64,000 nt of DNA from contig NC_043001.1 of the NCBI RefSeq assembly GCF_006345805.1, positions 86,428,001 to 86,492,000 on the forward strand, read 5' to 3'. The DNA is from Octopus sinensis (taxonomy: Eukaryota). The notes beneath the pieces are model-generated. The model was given only the letters and a program-made list of their open reading frames with translations, searched no databases and was not told where the DNA came from. A program made the position numbers and the translations under genes. Below are positions 27,006 through 41,186 of the stretch, one piece after another. How positions within the stretch are numbered: the stretch's first letter is position 1; the number at the start of each line of letters is the position of its first letter.

Positions 27006-29510
27006 ATCCTTAAATCCTTAAAAATTTTTAGCCCGAAGGCCGCGGCATGCTGGGGCACAACCGCTGAATGAGCTACACTAAATTTGTGAATCCACCTCTG
27101 AAACGTGGCACTTGATCAACCAGGGAGTTCGATGCTGCTGCCCGCATCCGCGTCTCCTGTCGTGGGGTAGGCTCATCTGAGCTCCCACAAGAAGAGATCC
27201 AGTTTATTTTTAAAGAAACCCCACATCCACACCATGTAAGTTTCTCAGGCCATTTATGGGAGGATGTTAAAGAGCTGTGGGCCTCTGAAACCCCAAGCTG
27301 TTGCAGTATCTGGAACTGTAATTTGATGGTGATTGTTGGAATCCTTGGCAACATGCAGTGGCGGCGCCCCCGTTCTGAACGGTGGAGTAACTTTGAATGA
27401 CAAGTTTGGGTCAATACCCTCCAGGATTTTCCCAGATGTATATCACCGCATTATCTCTCCGCGCCGCTCCCCTCCTCACTCTCCCGAACCATCCGCCTCT
27501 AAAGAGAATAGGTTAATCCTTCAGTCTTTCCAGTAGCTGATATTTGCATTGAGAGACTAGATTTTCTTTGTGTAGTTTTCGGAATTGCTGCGAGTTGCTG
27601 CGAGTTTCTGTGTTAGTTTATATTGTGTGGTGACCAAAGTTGGTAGCAGAGATCAGTCCAAGCGGCGGCTGAGGACGAAATGTTTTCCATAGACATCAGT
27701 GTCCCTTCTCTCTTTGTTCTGAAAGTTCGGAGAATCCATCCAGCTAGCCGTCTGCATTTTATCACCAGACTTACGCAATATGCATTGGAAAAGATGCATC
27801 ATTGCTCATGTCAATGACCAGGTCCGCACTGATTTTGACTCAGGGATTGCAATTCTTCCTGGGCCAGTGTATCCAGTCTTCATGTCATTTACTTTGTGTG
27901 CCAGTAGCGCAGGGCCTGGACTTAACCTGCATTAAACTGCATGTTGTTGTCCTCATCCCGCCTGGACACGTGGTCATCGTAGCAACTGAAGGCATGTCTG
28001 AAAGGGCCACTGAACATCAGTGGCCCCCAAGACAGTGCCCTGTGGGACGCCGCTTGTTATTTGCGTTTCCTTGGAGGTGGCTCATGGCTCACAACTGCCT
28101 GTTTTTTCTTGTGCATTCCAACTCTCCAAGTTTCCCGCCTATGCCGAGACCACGCAGTTTGTGACAGATCATGACCATGGTCGACTTTATCAAGGCTTTT
28201 GCAAAGTCGAGATATATTACATCCACATTTGAGCCATTTAGTAGCTGTTTCAACACCCAGTCATAGTGTTGCAGAGCTGTATTAGGCCGCCTCTACCTGG
28301 TCGAAATCCCGCTGGGTGTCAGACAGCAAGTCATTTTCTTCAAGGAACATGATTAGTTTCTTACGGACTATTCGTTCCATGACTTGCTGATGTGTGAGGT
28401 CAGAGAGATAGCCTATAATTTTTTAGCATCTGCTCTGCTACCTCCCTTATGGATAGGGCATATTACCCCCCCTCTTTCAATTGACTGGGAGCTTACCACT
28501 TGTAAGAAAGCTCTGAAAAGAAGCTTAGCGGTTTTTGCAAGGGCTCGTTTTGCACGATTTGAGAAGGATCGCTGGGAATCCATCAGGTCCAGCAGCTGAG
28601 TTTGTGTCAATTTCATCAATGGCTAGTGTGATATCATCATCTTCGATTGTTTGATGTACTCAATTTTTGTCTCTTTTGGCCGCAGGTAAAGTGGCAAAGA
28701 ATTCTTCTGGGTTGTTTACTTGCCTGTGTCCTAGAGGTGTAGTGAACACACTTTGGAACTGTTCGTTCAGTATTTCACTTACCTCGTGGGATTTTCCTGT
28801 GAGAGGCCATCTTTTTGGAAGAGAGGTCCTATTCTCTGGTGCACTGTGCTGTCTCTTTGGCAAACTTAAAGAAAGACTTTAGGGTTTGATTTTATATTTT
28901 CTATTACCCAAGCTTCTTTATCTGCTCTCTCTCCTTTTCATGGGACTGATGTACACTTTTCTCATTTCTTAGCAATAGCATCTTCGAGCCGAGACTTCTC
29001 ACCACTTTTGGTGTGCTTGCTCAGGCGGTTTGCAATCCTTGTCCGTCGTCTCATAAGAATCCTCCTTTCTCTAGGGATCCTGTTTTTTGTTCTTGTGTGT
29101 GCTGCCCCGGCACACTGGGACATATTTGTCACATATGGCTTGTATTATGGACATGAAGTGTTTGTGTTTCATGCTTATGTCCGGTGTGGAGAGATATTCA
29201 GGCCAATCCTGTTTGAGGATCTCTTTCTCAATCAACTTCCAGTTGGCTTTATGAATGTTTAAGTTGGAGAGATGGTGGGTGCTTCGTATAGGCTGTGTGT
29301 CAACGGGGGCTTTTGTTCCATACATAGACAGCTCTATTATGTTGTGATCCGAGATCATTGTCGGCATCATATTAACATTATGGATAATATCCATATTGTT
29401 TGTGAAGCAGAGATCCAGTATATTATCTGCCATTGTTGGTTGCAGGACTATTTGTGAGATGGAGCAGGGACTCCACATGTGCCTGCTGATGGTGTGTCAT
29501 CCCTGGGAGC
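27006..29510 (-). mobile_element. CR1/L2-group LINE, 5'-truncated, copy 1 (indel-rich)
   Basis: Same junctions and sequence as copies 2 and 3; many small indels. Confidence 0.85.
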
Positions 29511-30261
29511 ATCTGAACACATTTTTTCAATAATGTTTATTTCTACATTACACTATGGATATTACAACATACTTTTGAATCTTTAGACGTAAAATTACGT
29601 ACTACACCATGTATTGGATAAGTTTGCTCTATTTCAGTTTTCAACACAGATTTCAAATTAGTTATCTTCTTTATGCTGGTATAATGTTGATAACCTGCTC
29701 ACTGGGAGTTTGACAAATAAATCAAAGTTGATTAAATTGGAATCGCTACAATATGACTAACTTTCCAAATATACTATTTGCCTTAAGAACATGCATATAT
29801 TTCGGACGATATGTAAGAACTCTAGTAGAAGAGATAAAAATCCTCGAAAACATATTGTATAGCATATCAACAAGTAAATTATAAAATCATTTTCTTTAAG
29901 ATAACAGAAACACGAGATATTTCAATTCATTTAATTTGAATTTCACACATTCTCTGTTTACAACCCCTGTTTTTTTATGTTTTAATTATATTCTTTATAA
30001 TATTAATGTAGAATATAGAATATTTCGTATAAATAATATATATATAGTAAAATAAAATGTAGTATTGATTGTCTTATTGAATAGATGAAATGTTGAATAT
30101 AAAATATTAGGGGACTAGTATAGTTTCATGTGTTATAGCAGTCTTCAAGGTCCTCAGGTTGTGACAGGAGTGTTTTATCCGTGTTTCACTGACTGTCTAT
30201 TGTCCTTTATATAATGTTATTGTGGGCAGCAGCAGAAGTTCTTTGACTAGTTTTAGAAATG

Positions 30262-30301
<40 letters not shown>

Positions 30302-30319
30302 AAAGATAGATAGAGAGAT

Positions 30320-30350
<31 letters not shown>

Positions 30351-30661
30351 CAGACAGACAGACAGACACAAAGACAGACAGACAGATAGATACATATATA
30401 CATAGACAGAGAGTATAAGAACACATCATTGTTTCTTTATTTTAAAATAAACAGGCAACAAGTTAATAAAGAAAGGCTGACTTTTTTCTTCTCTATAAAT
30501 TGCATAACTAGTATCTGAACACATTTTCCAATAATGTTAATTTGTACATTAAACAATAGATAATATTTGAAATAATGCGATCAAACTAGTTAATAACAAA
30601 AGGCTGTTTTATCAAAATTATTTCAAATTATTTTTTGTTGTTTTTTGTTTTCCTTTTTCGG

Positions 30662-30685
30662 GCGAAGGGCATGGATCGGATATTG
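30662..30685 (+). pseudogene. Pseudo-micro-exon (GEGHGSDI type), both splice sites lost
   Basis: cgg acceptor, atcagt donor. Confidence 0.62.
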
Positions 30686-30974
30686 ATCAGTAGAAAAGCT
30701 TCCTTACTTCATTTCTCTATATATAACGTCACTAACTTCTGAACACATTTTCCAGTAACGCTAATTTGTACATTAAACAATATATAATTTTCCAATAATG
30801 TTAATTTGTACATTAAACAATATATAATTTTCCAATAATCTTAATTTGTACATTAAACAATACATAATATTTGAAATAATGCGTTCAAACTAGTTAAGAA
30901 CGAAAGGCTGTTTTATCAAAATCAATTTACATTTTTTTTATTTTTTATTTCGTTTTTATCATTTTCTGTCGTAG

Positions 30975-30992
30975 TTCCTGAAGCAGAATTTT
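30975..30992 (+). CDS. Candidate 18-nt micro-exon, shifted acceptor (V-P-E-A-E-F)
   Basis: attttctgtcgtag|TTCCTGAAGCAGAATTTT|gtgagt. Confidence 0.5.
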
Positions 30993-31345
30993 GTGAGTAC
31001 AAAAGTTTCGTTGTTTCACTTCTCTATATATAGCATAACTAATATCTAAACACGTTTTTTTTTTCAATAATGTAGACTTTTTGGAGTCCAATAATATCCT
31101 GTACGCCTGTTTGATTATGAAGATTTACAAACATACATTCCCGGGGATACTCGGTTTACCTACCATTATAAATAATACCAAATTTCTTCCTCAAACCTTT
31201 CATATTGGGTAGCAATTGCATGCGGCTGAAGTGGGCTTTTAAACTATCTGTTATGTCGATTATGCATTGATGTAAGAATAAGTGGTCCTATAAATCTCGA
31301 AACTTATGTCACTTTGGTGAGTAGGAAAGGCTCGTTTCTTAGCTA

Positions 31346-31435
<90 letters not shown>

Positions 31436-31519
31436 TGTATGTATGTAGTATGTATGTATGTATGCCTGTATGTATGTATGTATGTATTTATGTAAGTATG
31501 TATGTAAATGTATGTATAA

Positions 31520-34082
31520 TCCTTAATCCTTAAATCCTTAAATTGTTTTAGCCCGAAGGCCGCGGCCATGCTGGGGCCCCACCGCTGAATGAGCTACACT
31601 AATTTGTGAATCCACCTCTGATACGTGGCACTTGATCAACAAGGGAGTTCGATGCTGCTGCCCGCATCCGCGTCTCCTGTCGTGAGGTAGGCTCATCTGA
31701 GACTCCCAACAAGAAGAGATCCAGTTTAGTTTTAAAGAAACCCACATCCACACCATGTAAGTTCTCTCAGGCATTTAGGGAGGATGTTAAAGAGCTGTGG
31801 GCCTCTGAAACCCAAGCTGTTGCAGTATCTGGACCTGTATTTTGATGGTGATGTTGGAATCCTTGGCAACATGCAGTGGCGCCCCGTTCTGCGGTTGGAG
31901 TAACTTTGAATGACAAAGTTTGGGTCAAGACCCTCCAGGATTTTCCAGATGTATATCACCGCCTATCTCTCCCGCCTCCGCTCTAGGGAGAATAGGTTTA
32001 ATACCTTCAGTCTTTCCCAGTAGCTGATATTTTGCATTGAGACGATTTTCTTTGTGTAGCTTCTCGGAATTGCTTCGAGTTCTGCTGTTAGTTTTATATT
32101 GTGTGGTGACCAAAGTTGGGAGCAGTAGTCCCACGGCTGAGGACGAATGTTTTCCATAGGACCATCAGTCTTCTCCTTCTCTCTTGTTCTGAAAGTTCGG
32201 AGAATCCATCCAGCTAGCCGTCTCTGCATTTTATCACCAGATTAGCAATATGCATTTGGAAAGATGCATCATTGCTCATGTCAATGACCAGGTCACGCAC
32301 TGATTTGACTCAGGGATTGCAATTCTTCCTGGGCCAGTGTATCCAGTCTTCATGTCATTTACCTTTGTGTGCCAGTAGCGCAGGGCCTGGAACTTACCTG
32401 CATTAAACTGCATGTTGTTGTCCTCAGCCCACCTGTATATTGTGTCCAGCTCATGTTGCAGATGCGCAATATTTTCAGGGTTTTGTATTGCGTGGGAGAC
32501 TTTTGTGTCATCTGCATAGCTAGCAAGGGTGGTCATCGTAGCAACTGAAGGCATGTCTGAAAGGGCCACTATGAAAATCAGTGGCCCCAAGACAGTGCCC
32601 TGTGGGACGCCGCTTGTTATTTGCGTTTCCTTGGAGGTGGCTCCATTGCTCACAACTGCCTGTTTCTTGTGCAGCCACTCTCCAAGTTTCCCGCCTATGC
32701 CGAGACCACGCAGTTTGTGACAGATCATACCATGGTCGACTTTATCAAAGGCTTTTGCAAAGTCGAGATATATTACATCCACATTGAGCCATTTAGTAGC
32801 TGTTTCAACACCCAGTCATAGTTGCAGGAGCTGTGTTAGGCAGCCTCTACCTGGTCGAAATCCATGCTGGGTGTCAGACAGCAAGTCATTTTCTTCAAGA
32901 ACATGATTAGTTAGTTTCTTACGGACTATTCGTTCCATGACTTTGCTGATGTGTGAGGTCAGAGAGATAGGCCTATAATTTTTAGCATCTGCTCTGCTAC
33001 CTCCCTTATGGATAGGGCATATTACCCCCTCTTTCAATTTGACTGGGAGCTTACAACTTGTAAGAAAGCTCTGAAAAAGAAGCTGTAGCGGTTTTGCAAG
33101 GGCTCGTTTGCACGATTTGAGAAGGATCGCTGGGAATCCATCAGGTCCAGCAGCTGAGTTTGTGTCAATCTCATCAATGGCTAGTGTGATATCATCATCT
33201 TCGATGTTGATGTACTCAATTTTTGTCTCTTTGGCCGCAGGTAAAGTGGCAAAGAATTCTTCTGGGTTGTTTACTTGCCTGTGTCCTAGAGGTGTAGTGA
33301 ACACACTTTGGAACTGTTCGTTCAGTATTTCACTTATCCTCGTGGGATTTCCTGTGAGAGAGCCATCTTTTTGGAAGAGAGGTCCTATTCTCTGGTGCAC
33401 TGTGGCTGTCTCTTTGGCAAACTTAAAGAAAGATTTAGGGTTTGATTTTATATTTTCTATTACCCAAGCTTCTTTATCTGCTCTCTCCTTTTCATGGGAC
33501 TGATGTACACTTTTCTCAGTTTCCATTAGCATTCTTTCGAGCCGAGACTTCTCACCACTTTTGGTGTGCTTGCTCAGGCGGTTTGCAATCCTTGTCCGTC
33601 GTCTCATAAGAATCCTCCTTTCTCTAGGGATCTTGTTTTTGTTCTTGTGTGTGCTGGCCCGGCACACTGGGACATATTTGTCACATATGGCTTGTATTAT
33701 GGACATGAAGTGTTTGTGTTTCATGCTTATGTCCGGTGTGGAGAGACATTCAGGCCAATCCTGTTTGAGGATCTCTTTCTCAATCAACTTCCAGTTGGCT
33801 TTATGAAAGTTTAAGTTGGAAAGATGGTGGGTGCTTCGTATAGCCTGTGTGTCAACGGGGGCTTTTGTTCCATACATAGACAGCTCTATTATGTTGTGAT
33901 CCGAGATCATTGTCGGCATCACATTAACATTATGGATAATATCCATATTGTTTGTGAAGCAGAGATCCAGTATATTATCTGCCCTTGTTGGTTGCAGGAC
34001 TATTTGCTCCATGAAAGAGGCATTTGTGAGATGGAGCAGGGACTCCACATGTGCCTGCTGATGGTGTGTCATCCCTGGGAGC
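31520..34082 (-). mobile_element. CR1/L2-group LINE, 5'-truncated, copy 2
   Basis: NILDLCFTN (endonuclease end), RPISLTSHISKVMERI, LDFAKAFDKV, GVPQGTVLGP, YADDTK; (aaggattt)n tail. Confidence 0.9.
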
Positions 34083-34828
34083 ATCTGAACACATTTTTTC
34101 AATAATGTTTATTTTCTACATTACACAATGGATATTACAACATACTTTTGAATCTTTAGACGTAAAATTACGTACTACTCCATGTATTGGATAAGTTTGC
34201 TCTATTTCAGTTTTCAACACAGATTTCAAATTAGTTATCTTCTTTAATGCTGGTATAATGTTGATAACCTGCTCACTGGGAGTTTGACAAATAAATCAAA
34301 GTTGATTAATTGGAATCGCTACAATATGACTAACTTTCCAATATACTATTTGCCTTAAGAACATGCATATATTTCGGACGATATGTAAAAACTCTAGTAG
34401 AAGAGATAAAAATCCTCGAAAACATATTGTATAGCATATCAACAAGTAAATTATAAAATCATTTTCTTTAAGATAACAGAAACACGAGATATTTCAATTC
34501 ATTTAATTTGAATTTCACACATTCTCTGTTTACCCCTGTTTTTTATGTTTTAATTATATTCTTTATAATATTAATGTAGAATATAGAATATTTCGTATAA
34601 ATAATATATATATAGTAAAATGAAATGAAGTATTGATTGTCTTATTGAATAGATGAAATGTTGAATATAAAATATTAGGGGACTAGTATAGTTTCATTTG
34701 TTATAGCAGTCTTCAAGGTCCTCAGGTTGTGACAGGAGTGTTTCATCCGTGTTTGACTGACTGTCTATTGTCTTTTGTATAATGTTATGTGGGCAGCAGC
34801 CGATGTTCTTTGAATAATTTTAGAAATG

Positions 34829-34868
<40 letters not shown>

Positions 34869-34913
34869 TATATATGGAAAGATAGATAGAGAGATAGAGA
34901 TAGAGAGAGAGAC

Positions 34914-34944
<31 letters not shown>

Positions 34945-35400
34945 CAAAGACAGACAGAGAGATAGATACATATATACATAGACAGAGAGTATAAGAACTA
35001 TTCGTTGTTTGTTTATTTTAAAGTAAACAGGCAACAAGTTCATAACGAAAGGCTGACTTTTTCTTCTCTATATATAGCATAACTAGTATCTGAACCAATT
35101 TTCCAATAATGTTATTTGTACATTAAACAATATATAATTTTCCAATAATGTTAATTTGTATATTAAACAATACATAATTTTCCAATAATGTTAATTTGTA
35201 CATTAACACATATATTAATTTTCCAATAATGTTAATTTATATATTAAACAATACATAATTTTCCAATAATGTTAATTTATATATTAAAAAATACATAATA
35301 TTTGAAATAATGCGTTCAAACTAGTTAAGAACGAAAGGCTGTTTTATCAAAATCAATTTACATTTTTTCTTTTTTTTATTTCGTTTTTATCATTTTCCAG

Positions 35401-35424
35401 ACATACTTCCTGAAGCAGAAATTG
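35401..35424 (+). CDS. Micro-exon, 24 nt (D/Y-I-L-P-E-A-E-I)
   Basis: cattttccag|ACATACTTCCTGAAGCAGAAATTG|gtgagt. Confidence 0.78.
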
Positions 35425-35867
35425 GTGAGTACAAAACCTTCGTTGCTTGACATCTCTATATATAGCATAACTAATATCTAAACAAGTTTTTTTTTTTCAA
35501 TAATGTAGACTTCTTCTTTACACAATGTATATATTACAAAAGACATTTGAATCCCTGAAACATACAAATTGCGTGCTACTCGGTGTATTCGTAACGTTTG
35601 ATATATTTCAGTTTTTAACCCAGATTTCAAATTAGGAAAAGAAAGATTGACGATATTCACGTGTGAGCAACGAGAGAGTGTAAAGGAGAAACAGGGGGAG
35701 AGAGATGCAGATAGAGAACTGTGAAGGGGAGAAAAAAGGAGTTAGAGAAAGGATGAGAGAGAAAACGTTAAGGGGAGTGAACAGTATAGGGTAGAGTCGC
35801 ATCAAAAAGATTCAGATATACAGCATTCAATCAAATAATAATATAAATATATATATGCATATATATA

Positions 35868-37351
35868 TTAAGGTATGTAGAAAAATACAACATGGACAAG
35901 AACGTATAACTCTTAGAAGACGATACAATAAACACGGACAGGACATTCGAATCCCTCAGTCTTCAGTCAAGAACCGGATCATCGTAGTAATTTCGGCTGA
36001 TTAATCTTGAGATTACTAGATCACGGCCAGCCCTCCAAGAAAAACTAAGCAACGAGCATTAGAAAAACTAAGCTGGGAGCGTAGATTTCCTGGAAGAAGG
36101 ATCGAATGCATACGGACACCAGGACAGCAAAAGGGACGAATATAAAAAAACAAAAAAATAATGGAATACAGAAACATGAAATACAGAAGCATTAACGGTG
36201 AAAACAACAACAAGTGTCTTACGACTGATAACAAGCAAACAAATGTTTTCTCTGGCGCAAGAAAGGAGCCTTATCGGCGATGCCTATAGCGGCGGACGAA
36301 AAACAACGATGTTAACACGACGCTGGTCAGAAGCTGAAAGGCAGATTTCGGCCAGCAGTCACGTGACAGAGAAGAGAGAAAAGAAAAGAAGAGAAGCAAC
36401 GGAAAAGAGAGAGAGAGGAGGGACAAACGCAACAAAGAGAGAGAGAGAGAGAAAGAAGGAATCAGAGAGGAGAAGGGATGGGTGTCGAAGATTGACCTGT
36501 GAGTGCAGAGCGAGACAAAGAAATAGGAGGGTAGTGGAAGATTAGACCAAAGAATCAGAGGAAAGAGAAGAGAAAAGAGATGAGTAGAGAGAGAAGGGGA
36601 CAGATCAAGTAAAAGTGAGAGAGAGAGAGAGACAAACAGAGAGTCGTACCAATTATTAAGAATATGTGCTCACATTAATGTTAAGAGGGTACGTGGCGCC
36701 TGGAATATATGTTAAGGTATGTAGAAAAATACAACATGGACAAGAACGTATAACTCTTAGAAGACGATACAATAAACACGGACAGGACATTCGAAACCCT
36801 CAGTCTTCAGTCAAGAACCGGATCATCGTAGTAATTTCGGCTGATTAATCTTGAGATTACTAGATCACGGCCAGCCCTCCAAGAAAAACTAAGCAACGAG
36901 CATTAGAAAAACTAAGCTGGGAGCGTAGATTTCCTGGAAGAAGGATCGAATGCATACGGACACCAGGACAGCAAAAGGGACGAATATAAAAAAACAAAAA
37001 AATAATGGAATACAGAAACATGAAATACAGAAGCATTAACGGTGAAAACAACAACAAGTGTCTTACGACTGATAACAAGCAAACAAATTTTTTCTCTGGC
37101 GCAAGGAAAGGAGCCTTATCGGCGATGCCTATAGCGGCGGACGAAAAACAACGATGTTAACACGACGCTGGTCAGAAGCTGAAAGGCAGATTTCGGCCAG
37201 CAGTCACGTGACAGAGAAGAGAGAAAAGAAAAGAAAGAGAAGCAACGGAAGAGAGAGAGAGGGGAGGGACAAACGCAACAAAGAGAGAGAAGAGAGAGAA
37301 AGAAGGAATCAGAGAGGAGAAGGGATGGGTGTCGAAGATTGACCTGTGAGT
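35868..37351. mobile_element. Partial-tandem (about 1.75 x 844 bp) non-coding dispersed element in (TA)n
   Basis: 35868-36510 repeated at 36711-37351; absent at paralogous sites about 19440 and 48600. Confidence 0.65.
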
Positions 37352-38285
37352 GCATATATATACATATATATTATATATATATATACATACATATATATAT
37401 AGAGAGAGAGAGAGACAGAGACAGAGAGCGACAGAGAGAGAGAGACAGAGAGAGAGAGACAGAGAGAGAGAGACACAGAGAGAGAGAGACAGAGAGAGAC
37501 AGAGATACAGACAGACAGAGAGACAGAGAGAGCATAACGTGTGATGTACAGAAATTGAATATTAAGAAAAAAAGGTCGTCAGAATTTTAAAAAACTCTTT
37601 AGTTCATCATTATTATTAGCACTTTCGTTCCTTTCTGGAACTTGTCAAATAAAATATGAATACACAAACAGTTTGTTGATTTATATAAAACATGCTTTTT
37701 AACAGTTTTGTTTAGGAGAGAATATTGATATTGTTTTTTGGTGTTGAGTTTTTCATGACAATGGAGATGGATAAAAATATCACCTTCCTATTCACCGTTT
37801 ATTTATTTAGTCGTTTACCATTGTATTGGTTTAAAGTTGGTGACCTCTTCAAAAACAAAATAGTTGCGGTTTGGTCATCACTGAAAGACATTTTAATTTC
37901 ACTCTTAACACTTCTTTCTTTCCTTTCTTTCTTCTTCTTTCTTTTTCCTCCTTTCTTCTGTATATTATATATATATATATTGAGTGACAACACGGCATGG
38001 ACGATTTTTTGGAGTCCAAACGCCTATTTCATTATGAAGATTTACAAACATACTTTCTCAGGGATACTCGGTTTACCTACCATTATAAATAATACCAAAT
38101 TTCTTTCTCAAATCTTTCATAATGTGATACAAGTCTTTCGTGTAGCAATTACATGCGGCTGAAGAGGGCTTTTAAACTATCTGTTATGTCGGTTATGCAT
38201 TGATGTAAGAATAAGTGGTTCTATATATTTATATGAATGTATGTATGTATGCATATATATATATGTATGTATGTATAAATGTACG

Positions 38286-38346
<61 letters not shown>

Positions 38347-38362
38347 GCATGTATGTATGCAT

Positions 38363-38747
38363 GTGGAGCCGCAATGGCCCAGTGGTTAGGACAGCGGACT
38401 CGCGGTCGTAGGATCGCTGTTTCGATTCCAAGACCGGGCGTTGTGAGTGTTTATTGAGCGAAAACACATAAAAAGCTCCACGAGGCTCCGGCAGGGATGG
38501 TGGTGATCCCTGCTGTGCTCTTTCCCCACAACTTTCTCTCACTCTTACTTCCTGTTTCTGTCGTACCTGTATTTCAAAGGGCCGGCCTTGTCAATCCCTG
38601 TGTCACGCTGAATATCCCCGAGAACTACGTTAAGGGTACACGTGTCTGTGGAGTGCTCAGCCACTTACACGTTAATTTCATGAGCAGGCTGTTCCGTTGA
38701 ATGGATCAACCGGAACCCTCGTCGTCAGAACCGACGGAGTGCTTCCA
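38363..38747 (+). mobile_element. Second tRNA-head SINE family
   Basis: A/B-box-like head gcaatggcccagtggttagg...gtttcgattcc; not a foldable tRNA. Confidence 0.8.
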
Positions 38748-39162
38748 TGTATTTCCAATTGGTTATTTTCTTTATAGTGCTATGATGTTCATAACGTAAT
38801 GGGCGGAGGTTCTCCAAATAAAACAAATTTGATTAAATTGGAATCGCTACAATATAAATAACTTGCCAAATATTCTATATTCCTTCCGAACTTATATATA
38901 TTCCAGATGAAAAAATCCTCGAAAACGCATTGTATAGAATATAAAAAATCAAAATATATAAATATTTTCTTTAACTAAATATAAATACGAGATACTTGAT
39001 AGAGTGATACCATATACATTATAAATCCATAAAATTTTCATATCGATTTCAGAATCACACCCAAATTTTGAGTAAAGCATTCATTCATAGTAGAGTATAT
39101 ATGTCTTTGCATGAGTATATGTGAGTTTGTGTGTGTGTTTCTTAGTTTGTTATATATATATA

Positions 39163-39473
39163 TAACGCCGAGATCACCGTGACCGACCAGGCTATCAGAT
39201 GTTGACACACATCGCTGATCAAAATGCGCTTCACATTGTTTTAGCCTTCAAATGACGCCACCCCGCTGGCTAAGCGAGCAGGCCAAGAGAAGAAAGTGTG
39301 AGAGAAAGCTGTGGCGAAAGAGTACAGCAGGGATCGCCACCACCACCTGCTGGAGCCTCGTGGAGCTTTAGGTGTTTTCGCTTAATAAACACTCATAACC
39401 CCCAGTCTGGGAAACGAAGCCTCGATCCAACAACAGCAAGTCCGCTGTCCTAACCACTGGGCCTTTGCGTCTC

Positions 39474-39476
<3 letters not shown>
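39163..39476 (-). mobile_element. Second tRNA-head SINE family
   Basis: Reverse-strand head; the paralogous copy at about 21055-21125 is cut by the Penelope fragment. Confidence 0.75.
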
Positions 39477-39513
<37 letters not shown>

Positions 39514-39596
39514 GGTCCCGGGTTGATTCGGGGTTAACCACAGTAAATAAGGTACTCAATACATAGCAGAGTAAAATTAATTTATTATATAGAAGG

Positions 39597-39647
39597 AGCT
39601 TCTACAGGACTAGAACTGTTTCATTCAAGAGAAATCTTCAGGAAGCT
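39597..39647 (-). ncRNA. Type I hammerhead ribozyme (left arm)
   Basis: Exact reverse complement of 40577-40627. Confidence 0.75.
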
Positions 39648-39925
39648 AGTTAACAAGATTTGTATTGGCATTTATACATTTAGGCATGTTTATAGGGGTG
39701 GTGGTGGGGGACTTTTTGGGGGTAGGCATAGCGCAAAAAAATCATGCTTGGGGGAGTGGTCAAGGAGTCAGTGGTAAATTAGATAGAAGAATAAATAAAA
39801 GAATAAAAAAAGAATAAAAAAATAATTAAAAAATATATAATTATATAGAAGAATAGAGTTTTAGGTAAATAAGGAAATTCTCAACACACACACATATACA
39901 TACACACATACATACACACACACAC

Positions 39926-39964
<39 letters not shown>

Positions 39965-40004
39965 ACACACACACACACATATACATACATATATCTACAT
40001 ATAC

Positions 40005-40035
<31 letters not shown>

Positions 40036-40188
40036 CATACATACACATATACATGTATATGCATGTATATGTGTATGTATGTATATGTATATGTATATAT
40101 ATATATGTATATGTAGATATATGTATGTATATACATACATATAATACATACACATATACATGTATATGCATGTATATGTGTATGTATG

Positions 40189-40219
<31 letters not shown>

Positions 40220-40246
40220 ATGTATATGTAGATATATGTATGTATA

Positions 40247-40301
<55 letters not shown>

Positions 40302-40576
40302 GTGTGTGTGTATGTATGTGTGTATGTATATGTGTGTGTGTTGAGAATTTCCTTATTTACCTAAAACTCTATTCTTCTATATAATTTTATATTTTTTTAT
40401 TCTTTTTTTATTCTTTTTTATTCTTTTATTTATTCTTCTATCTAATTTACCACTGACTCCTTGACCACTCCCCCAAGTATGATTTTTTTGCGCTATGCCT
40501 ACCCCCAAAAAGTCCCCCACCACCACCCCTATAAACCTGCCTAAATGTATAAATGCCAATACAATTCTTGTTAACT

Positions 40577-40627
40577 AGCTTCCTGAAGATTTCTCTTGAA
40601 TGAAACAGTTCTAGTCCTGTAGAAGCT
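40577..40627 (+). ncRNA. Type I hammerhead ribozyme (right arm)
   Basis: agcttc-CTGAAGA-t(ttc-tctt-gaa)t-GAAA-cag-ttctagtc-ctg-TA-gaagct: intact core, stems I (6 bp), II (3 bp) and III (3 bp), GUA triplet. Confidence 0.78.
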
Positions 40628-40638
40628 CCTTCTATATA

Positions 40639-40698
<60 letters not shown>

Positions 40699-40913
40699 GC
40701 GCAGGAGTGACTGTGTGGTAACTAACTTGCTTACCATGCATATGGTTCCGAATTCAGTCCCACTGCGTGGCAACTTGGGCCAGTGTCCTCTACTATAGCC
40801 TCGAGCAGACCAAAGCCCTGTGAGTGGATTTGATAGACGAAAACAGGAAGAAGCCCGTTGCATGTGAGTGTATGTGTGTATGTGTGTATGTATGTGTGCG
40901 TGTATTTATCTAT

Positions 40914-41004
<91 letters not shown>

Positions 41005-41008
41005 TATT

Positions 41009-41085
<77 letters not shown>

Positions 41086-41095
41086 CCAGACAGAC

Positions 41096-41186
<91 letters not shown>

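Larger units (their letters stand above)
39580..40644. repeat. 1.07-kb near-perfect palindrome
   Basis: 39580-39960 is the reverse complement of about 40260-40644 with a few substitutions; quasi-palindromic microsatellite centre. Confidence 0.9.

Noticed and set aside
35940-35975. Hammerhead-like CTGAAGA on the minus strand of the 844-bp element (also in the 49381/50170 family)
   Set aside because: No stem II plus GAAA and no closing stem I could be drawn
38363-38440. Possible tRNA gene
   Set aside because: A/B-box-like head continues into SINE body; no acceptor stem or terminator
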